DNA of 64,000 nt from NCBI GenBank assembly GCA_963932905.1, contig CAWVRN010000006.1, positions 32,001 through 96,000 on the forward strand, written 5' to 3'. The notes beneath the pieces are model-generated. The model was not told where the DNA came from. It was given only the letters and a program-made list of their open reading frames with translations, and did no database searches. Source of the stretch: an uncultured Bdellovibrio sp. (lineage in GTDB: Bacteria > Bdellovibrionota > Bdellovibrionia > Bdellovibrionales > Bdellovibrionaceae). The translations under genes were made by a program, and so were the position numbers. This document shows, in pieces, positions 57,702 through 64,000 of the stretch (position 1 is the stretch's first letter; every line of letters begins with the position of its first letter).

Positions 57702-58463
57702 ATGAATCCATCGCAAAAAGGCACTACAAAAAATCACAAACCCAGTGATATTTTTAATAAAATCAAACACTTAGCTGTCGATAAGAAGGCTGACCCACTT
57801 ATTGTTTTTGATCTTGATTCTACACTGTTTGACGTGGCTCCACGATTGGAAAAAGTTCTCACTGACATCGCTCTGGAACCTGTGATGCAGGAAAAATTTC
57901 CGTCTGTGATCCCGCATTTCAAAAATATCAAAACTGAACGTCGTGATTGGGGCTTTGTCGAAGTTCTTCAACGTGCTGGCGTTGAACATGACAATCTAGA
58001 CTTATTCAAGACCGTGCGCCAACTTTGGGTCGAAAAATTTTTCTCGAATGAATATATTCACTACGATGTTCCCTACCAAGGCTCTGTCGAATTCGTACAG
58101 AAAATTGAAAAGTTGAATATCCCGATAGTGTATTTGACTGGCCGAGACGTGAAACGTATGGAACGCGGATCACGCGAAGTTCTATTGAAATGGAATTTTC
58201 CTCTGGATGATAAAATGAGCCAGCTTGTTTTAAAACCAGAACGTTCTATGGATGATGCGCTTTTCAAACGTGATTGGATCCATAGCTATATGTCTACATC
58301 CAAGTCACCGGTATTCTTGTTCGAAAACGAACCCGTGAATATCAATTTAATCGCCAAAGAATTACCGGACGTCGAATTGGTGTTTTTCGATAGCACTCAC
58401 TCGCGCAAAGAAACCCCACCCGAAGAAGTATTTACGCTTGTTCACTACTTAATGGAAGACTAA
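57702..58463 (+). CDS. HAD-superfamily hydrolase
   Basis: Likely ATG at 57702 (the longer ORF overlaps phnD). Motif I FDLDSTL, motif II LTGR, motif III FK; motif IV is the variant FENEPVN. Confidence 0.8.
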   Translation: MNPSQKGTTKNHKPSDIFNKIKHLAVDKKADPLIVFDLDSTLFDVAPRLEKVLTDIALEPVMQEKFPSVIPHFKNIKTERRDWGFVEVLQRAGVEHDNLDLFKTVRQLWVEKFFSNEYIHYDVPYQGSVEFVQKIEKLNIPIVYLTGRDVKRMERGSREVLLKWNFPLDDKMSQLVLKPERSMDDALFKRDWIHSYMSTSKSPVFLFENEPVNINLIAKELPDVELVFFDSTHSRKETPPEEVFTLVHYLMED

Positions 58464-59131
58464 TGCTAACACTAGTTGCGACTCCTATCGGAGACTACGA
58501 TGAAATCACTCTCAAGGCATTGACTACATTGAAAGAAGCCGAAGTAATTATCTGTGAATCTACCAAAGAAACATCAAAACTTCTTCGCCATCATGGGATC
58601 TCTGGAAAAACATACGAAGTCTTAGACGAACACTTTCTTAAAGAAGACCTGCAACGTTTTACAGATCTTTGCCGTGACAAGAAAGTTGCTTTGGTCAGCG
58701 ATTGTGGAACTCCGGCATTTTGCGATCCCGGAAGTGATTTAGTCGACGCCTGTCGCAAAGAAGGTATCGAGATACGCAATTGCCTTGGGGCATCCAGCTT
58801 GATGGGACTAGTCAGTTTATCGGGAATTAAATTACACGAATTTTTGTTTCGCGGTTTTGTTCCGCAAGAGACGGGCGCACGTAACGAAGCCTATAGAAAT
58901 CTACAGTCCGAAATGAAACTGAACAAACGTGCTGTTGTCTTGATGGATACACCTTATCGTTTGCAAAAAATGGTTTCCGAGCTGGAATCATTTTTTGGTG
59001 ATCACTTTATCGTACTGGTTACTGATTTGGGCACACCAGAAGAGCAAGTATTAACCGGCGTTCCGGCCGCGGTCAGAAACAAACTGACCAAAACAAAAGC
59101 TGAATTTATGATTTTGGTGAAGCCGAAATAA
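58463..59131 (+). CDS. rsmI: 16S rRNA (cytidine1402-2'-O)-methyltransferase-like
   Basis: LVATPIG, ICE, LVSDCGTPAFCDPG, GAS and DTPYRL. Confidence 0.85.
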   Translation: MLTLVATPIGDYDEITLKALTTLKEAEVIICESTKETSKLLRHHGISGKTYEVLDEHFLKEDLQRFTDLCRDKKVALVSDCGTPAFCDPGSDLVDACRKEGIEIRNCLGASSLMGLVSLSGIKLHEFLFRGFVPQETGARNEAYRNLQSEMKLNKRAVVLMDTPYRLQKMVSELESFFGDHFIVLVTDLGTPEEQVLTGVPAAVRNKLTKTKAEFMILVKPK

Positions 59132-59134
59132 CCT

Positions 59135-61657
59135 ATGCAGTTACCCATAGATCCTCATTTGCCAGAAATCGCATTGTTACTAGAAAGAAATCAAAACGTA
59201 TTGGTTCAATCTAGCCCAGGTTCGGGTAAAACTACACGCATCCCCCCGTTTCTGATTGGCAAGTATAAAAAAATTCTAGTGATCGAGCCTCGTAGAATCG
59301 CGGCGATCTATGCGGCGTCTCGCATCGCCGAAGAAAACAAATGGGAACTAGGAAAAAATGTCGGCTACGAAGTTCGCTTTGACAGTAGATCGACTCCGGC
59401 CACATCGATTCTATTTTTAACAGAAGCATTGCTTGCTAAGAAAATCATTTCCAATCCAGAATTAAATGGAATCGACCTAATTATCTTTGATGAGTTTCAT
59501 GAGCGATCTTATTGGACAGACCTAGCGATTGGACATATCAAAGAACTTCAAATTTTAGGTTCTGAAATTCAATTGTTATTTTTGTCAGCCACAGTCGACA
59601 AAGAACCTCTACAACAATTCTTTGACAATTTAGGAATGATTGATATTGAGCTGCCTCGCTTCCCTATCGAAGTTGTTTATCAAAAAAAACCGCTTCGTTA
59701 TAGCTGGAATGATGAATTTGAAACTAATTTTCTTCAAGCGCTTCAGGATGTGATTCAAAAAGGAAAAAAACAAATCCTTGTTTTCCTCCCCGGCTTAAAA
59801 GAAATTCGAAATGCAGGTCGACTTCTTGAAAACAACCCTAAATTTCGAGGATTTCAAATCGAAGTTCTTCATGGAAGCATTCCCCTTGCGATCCAAAAAG
59901 ACATTGTTACTAACAACAATAATTACGATCAACGGATTATTCTCTCTACCAATATTGCTGAATCTTCATTAACTATTTCTGGAGTAACAGCCGTTGTGGA
60001 TTCGGGTTTACATCGGGATGCTTCTTACAATGCGGAATATGAAGTCTCGCAACTGAGCACACGAAAGATTTCTTATTTCTCTTCTATCCAACGCCAAGGG
60101 CGCGCAAATCGTTTAGGCCCGGGGGTTTGCTTTAAGATGTGGACTGAACTAGATGAACGATCCATGGAAAAAGCGCCTATTTCGGATATAAAAAAATCCT
60201 CGCTTTATGAACTTGGCTTGCAGTTGATCGATATGGGCCATTGGCCACTGAGCCAATTTACTTGGTTTGAAAAACCATCCGATACGATTTTAAATGATTG
60301 GCAACAAATTTATCAAGAGAGTGGTTTATCTTTCGACAAAAAACTAACTCGCTTTGGACAATTATCTTTAGATTTAAACTTATCGTATGAAAATACTGTG
60401 TTTGCCGTCCTGGCTTACTGTTACTATTCCATTGAAAAGGTCAGCGTTTTGATCGCGTTGCTGGAATCAGAGCTATCGGTCGGTGATTCCAGCCGCATTA
60501 GCCATAGCACACTATTCGATGCCGCCGAAGAATATCGTCGTGGCCGATTAAACGGCTCTGGCGACATTGCCAAGCGATCAGCACAAATCATGGCAGGAAT
60601 GCAACGTCGAAGCCCCCATGCAACCGCTGACAGCTGGAAACAAGACTGCATTGATCTTTTTAAAACATCGGAACAGAAAAAATTTTTAAGTCAGTTAGAA
60701 TCTTCTAAAAAAACCGACTCAGTGTTAGATTTGATCCTGAGTTTTTCTTACATCAATCGACTATGCCGACGCCGAAGGCAGGAAAATGGTTTTTCAAGTC
60801 GAGCGATCACAACAAAAGGAAAGGAAGTCCAGATTGGCGATCCTCAGAAAGCCAACTTGCTTCCACAGCAAGAATACTTTCTGAATTTTCACACCGTAAT
60901 TGATGCGACTCAAACAGCACGTTGTTTTAATTTTCACTTTATAGAATCTAATACATTCAACACGGCAGTTAAACCGTTTGCTAAGCCTGTTAACCGCGTT
61001 GAGTTTGCAGACAGCAAACAACAGTTTTACAAAGTGACTGAACTAGTAATAAAAAAACTAGCCATTGAAACTCTTTCGACTGAACCACTGGCCGCTACCG
61101 AGCTAAAAGAAAAAACTCAGGACATTCTGGTGAACGATATGGAAAACCTATTGTTCACACTGCCTTCATTAAACGAATTTTTAAATCGCATTAAATTAGT
61201 CAATCAACATCAAGAGCATAAAATTGAAGTCAATTGGTCAGACGTTATTGAACAAGAAATCACAAAGGGTTTAACACTTAAAAATCGCCTGGAATGGAAT
61301 TTTGAAATAGAGAACTATCTATCGTATGAAAATCAAAAATTACTAAAAACGCTTGCTCCAAAAGAGCTTTTACTTAAAGACCTTAATCGCAGTTTCAGAA
61401 TTCAGTACCCCAGTAACGAAACACCCTTAATTGAATCGCGATTGCAACATTTTCTAGGCTTAGCTACCCATCCCACGATCCTTAATAATAAAATCAAACT
61501 AAAAATCGTTTTATTAGGTCCCCATGGTCGCCCTATCCAAATCACCAATGATTTACCTGGTTTTTGGAAATCGTCATACCCTGAAATTCGAAAGGAAATG
61601 AAAGGACGTTACCCTAAACACGCATGGCCAGAAGATCCGACCTCATTTAAGAATTGA
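59135..61657 (+). CDS. hrpB: ATP-dependent DEAH-box helicase HrpB
   Basis: PGSGKTT, EPRRIAA, DEFHER, SAT, TNIAESSLTI and QRQGRANR. HrpB C-terminus RPIQIT.DL..FW..SY....KEMKGRYPKHAWPEDP. Confidence 0.93.
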   Translation: MQLPIDPHLPEIALLLERNQNVLVQSSPGSGKTTRIPPFLIGKYKKILVIEPRRIAAIYAASRIAEENKWELGKNVGYEVRFDSRSTPATSILFLTEALLAKKIISNPELNGIDLIIFDEFHERSYWTDLAIGHIKELQILGSEIQLLFLSATVDKEPLQQFFDNLGMIDIELPRFPIEVVYQKKPLRYSWNDEFETNFLQALQDVIQKGKKQILVFLPGLKEIRNAGRLLENNPKFRGFQIEVLHGSIPLAIQKDIVTNNNNYDQRIILSTNIAESSLTISGVTAVVDSGLHRDASYNAEYEVSQLSTRKISYFSSIQRQGRANRLGPGVCFKMWTELDERSMEKAPISDIKKSSLYELGLQLIDMGHWPLSQFTWFEKPSDTILNDWQQIYQESGLSFDKKLTRFGQLSLDLNLSYENTVFAVLAYCYYSIEKVSVLIALLESELSVGDSSRISHSTLFDAAEEYRRGRLNGSGDIAKRSAQIMAGMQRRSPHATADSWKQDCIDLFKTSEQKKFLSQLESSKKTDSVLDLILSFSYINRLCRRRRQENGFSSRAITTKGKEVQIGDPQKANLLPQQEYFLNFHTVIDATQTARCFNFHFIESNTFNTAVKPFAKPVNRVEFADSKQQFYKVTELVIKKLAIETLSTEPLAATELKEKTQDILVNDMENLLFTLPSLNEFLNRIKLVNQHQEHKIEVNWSDVIEQEITKGLTLKNRLEWNFEIENYLSYENQKLLKTLAPKELLLKDLNRSFRIQYPSNETPLIESRLQHFLGLATHPTILNNKIKLKIVLLGPHGRPIQITNDLPGFWKSSYPEIRKEMKGRYPKHAWPEDPTSFKN

Positions 61658-61691
61658 TTTATGGCGTGTTTTTAAATACGTTCTGAATCAG

Positions 61692-62747
61692 ATGATAACC
61701 ATAAAAGACAAGTCCAAAGCCGTTACCAAGAAAGTAGCCAAGAAAACGAAAGACGTTTTAAAGACGGTTATTTTTTCGTTAAAAGGTCGCTTTGGTCGCA
61801 AGGTTGTACATCGCCCACTCGAACCCCTTATCGAGCCAATCCCAGTCGACGTACTTCAGGAAAATTTAAAAAAGATGACTTTGATTTATCGATCCGACAC
61901 GGGCCGATCAAATATTGGTGTCTACATGGCTCAAGGTTTTTCAATTCCTGACATGATGCTAGAAATTGGGCGACTTCGTGAGAAGGTTTTTAGAACAGTC
62001 AACGAGGGCACTGGTAAATCATGCGATATCGATGAATTCGATCCGTTCTATCATCACATGATTGCCTATGACGAAGTGAACAACAAAATCCTTGGTGCCT
62101 ACCGCATTGGCCTTATTGATAAAATTTTGCATAACCGTGGCGCCGAAGGCCTTTATAGCTATACTTTATTCAAATACGACGCCTTGTTAAAAACTCATTT
62201 TGTGGATGGTGTGGAACTAGGTCGATCGTTTGTTGACGATGAAGCGGGAAGAGCCGCCTTACGCGCACTGGATAGCATCTGGAAAGGCATTGGATGTTTT
62301 TTTGCCGAGAATCCTCATTATCGTTATTTAATCGGCCCTGTCAGCATCTCGAATAGCTATACAGTAAATTCAAAACTGTTGATGATCTATTATCTAAATA
62401 AAAATTTTAAATCGGAGCTCAGTCCGTTCGTTAAAGCACGCGTTCCAGTGAAACTACGATCAGAAAATTCAAATGAACTTAAAGCCACTGCGGCCAATCT
62501 TAAAAGCTTTACCGAACTTGATGAATACGTGAAAAAATACGACGGCACTGTTATTCCATCGCTTCTAAAAAGTTATGCAAAAATGAATGCTAAATACTTA
62601 AGTTTTAATTTCGATCCTGACTTTAACACCATAGATGGAATGATCATCGTGGATATGGTTAACGCCCCTAAAGATGAAATTGTTAAACATATGGGCGAGC
62701 CATCGTATACAAAATATTTAGCCCACTACAATACACCACTATTATAG
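61692..62747 (+). CDS. GNAT-family acyltransferase (Acetyltransf_5 / 'putative hemolysin' / ornithine-lipid N-acyltransferase-like)
   Basis: EIGRLRE.VFR...EG....DIDEFD, GAYRIG, ELGRSFV, YLIGPVSIS and FNFDPDFN. Confidence 0.82.
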   Translation: MITIKDKSKAVTKKVAKKTKDVLKTVIFSLKGRFGRKVVHRPLEPLIEPIPVDVLQENLKKMTLIYRSDTGRSNIGVYMAQGFSIPDMMLEIGRLREKVFRTVNEGTGKSCDIDEFDPFYHHMIAYDEVNNKILGAYRIGLIDKILHNRGAEGLYSYTLFKYDALLKTHFVDGVELGRSFVDDEAGRAALRALDSIWKGIGCFFAENPHYRYLIGPVSISNSYTVNSKLLMIYYLNKNFKSELSPFVKARVPVKLRSENSNELKATAANLKSFTELDEYVKKYDGTVIPSLLKSYAKMNAKYLSFNFDPDFNTIDGMIIVDMVNAPKDEIVKHMGEPSYTKYLAHYNTPLL

Positions 62748-64000
62748 TTGCGAACGGAACATCTTTACGATCGTTTTACTCGAAAGCGAAGCTTTACCTG
62801 GAAACAAACTATTGGAATAGAATGACTGGCATAAACTAGCTTTCTGAAAAAAAGCTTTGCTTCCTTTCCTTTTATTGAATTTCTGCCAATAAAATTCATG
62901 AAGCGAATCACTATTAATCGGAAAACCTGATTCAGTATTTATATTATACGAACGCGGGTCAAAGTTTGCGCTGGTGATAATAACCTGTTTTTCGCCTCTT
63001 CTATTTTCCACTAAAATTATTTTCGCATGCGTTGGACGAACGCGATTCAAGTAAACTTTTGCACCCATTTCGATAATTTGTTCTAAGTCGACGTCTAAGG
63101 CTTTTTTAATTAACCACAATTCACTTTCCAAATTTAAATTAAACACAACCTCCACATTATTTGCGATGGCGACTTTGATTGATTCTTTTAATTGTGGGAA
63201 TAGAACTAGGTATCCATTTTCAATTAGAATTTTGCTACCTGGTTTTGCGTTAGCAATCATTTTAAAGATTTCATCCAATGTCGAAGCGCCGCTACCAGGA
63301 ACGCCAGTAATTAAGTTGGCTGACTCATACTCAAATTTATTTTTGCGCCAATTGCTTAGACGATTCATTCGCTGGCTCACCCAAAGAGCTGCCTCACGCA
63401 ATTGTTTTTCAAATTTTAATTTGAGTTTTTTTGAAACAGGTTCATTCAATTTAGCAATATCGTCCTCGGTTTTTAACCCTTCGTACTTGTCCCACATTTC
63501 TTGGAAATATTGAACGTAACTGCTAACCCCATCCCCGACCAAAACCACTTCACGGCCATTTACGTATCCGGCACTTGGATCTATATTTCTAAGTTGAGGA
63601 TAGTACTTGTTCGCATAGTTTTTATCACCAAGAAGCAGTATGCTTGAATTCACAAGAAACATCTTATCATGCAAGCGTCGATTATATTTTTGAAATACTT
63701 TTAACGGGTTTATAAAATCTTTTGCAGAAATTTTAATTGGATTATGAAAATTTAACTCAATTCCTTTTTCACGTAAGTAGTTCACAAGCATCGGATCCGC
63801 ATCGGTAATTTTATTATCTATAATTCCACGAACTAGGACTCCTCGTTCGGCAGCGGATATCAATGCCGAGATAAATACTTTCCCAGCTTCGTCATAAACA
63901 AGTTCGTAGGTACTGAAATCAATTGTTTTTGTGTTAGGGTCAGCTAATAGACTCAGGCGCGCATCGATCGACTGGACGGGTGTTGGCAGATCATAAATAA
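62742..64000 (-). CDS. Phospholipase D-superfamily protein (ClsC/YmdC-like); 5' end lies beyond the window
   Basis: The frame stays open from 63863 to the window end (..IDARLSLL..TIDFSTY..DEAG..AAERGV). HKD-like motifs RRLHDKMFLVN and THAKIILVE, plus SANFDPRSYNINTE. Confidence 0.85.
   Translation of the reverse strand, partial: IYDLPTPVQSIDARLSLLADPNTKTIDFSTYELVYDEAGKVFISALISAAERGVLVRGIIDNKITDADPMLVNYLREKGIELNFHNPIKISAKDFINPLKVFQKYNRRLHDKMFLVNSSILLLGDKNYANKYYPQLRNIDPSAGYVNGREVVLVGDGVSSYVQYFQEMWDKYEGLKTEDDIAKLNEPVSKKLKLKFEKQLREAALWVSQRMNRLSNWRKNKFEYESANLITGVPGSGASTLDEIFKMIANAKPGSKILIENGYLVLFPQLKESIKVAIANNVEVVFNLNLESELWLIKKALDVDLEQIIEMGAKVYLNRVRPTHAKIILVENRRGEKQVIITSANFDPRSYNINTESGFPINSDSLHEFYWQKFNKRKGSKAFFQKASLCQSFYSNSLFPGKASLSSKTIVKMFRSQL

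Overview
Bacterial chromosomal window with about 40% GC and dense coding. Gene content and protein style point to a Bdellovibrionota (Bdellovibrio/Pseudobdellovibrio-like) predator; this is an inference from the 277-aa flagellin, FQNC-type lipoproteins, the GYF-PilZ protein, the soluble-arm-only nuo cluster and many secreted hydrolases. Core genes include an rlmB-like gene (partial), an S1-domain protein, proS, an ntrY/ntrX-like pair, ribH/ribB/ribE, clpB, fliC, a Xer recombinase, recO, nuoB-CD-E-F-G-I, an acyl-CoA dehydrogenase, 2-oxoacid:ferredoxin oxidoreductase, phnDCE, rsmI, hrpB and a partial PLD. I found no rRNA, tRNA, CRISPR array, transposon or prophage. The best candidates for undescribed biology are: (1) a His-rich upstream ORF ending in an RxPP arrest-like motif, in front of a metal-uptake operon that has no ATPase; (2) a ~300-nt multi-hairpin flagellin leader with about nine GGA (CsrA-type) sites; (3) a small protein that is 30% aromatic, ends in -AA, and whose 3' end is triplicated as a 25-bp hairpin repeat; (4) a recurrent intergenic palindrome GTCTCA-N3-TGAGAC, which also flanks a sigma-54 activator that lacks an input domain; (5) an IscS-like protein without a recognisable PLP-lysine motif; (6) a protein with a basic half and an acidic half. 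All functional calls come from reading motifs by eye; no database searches were run.
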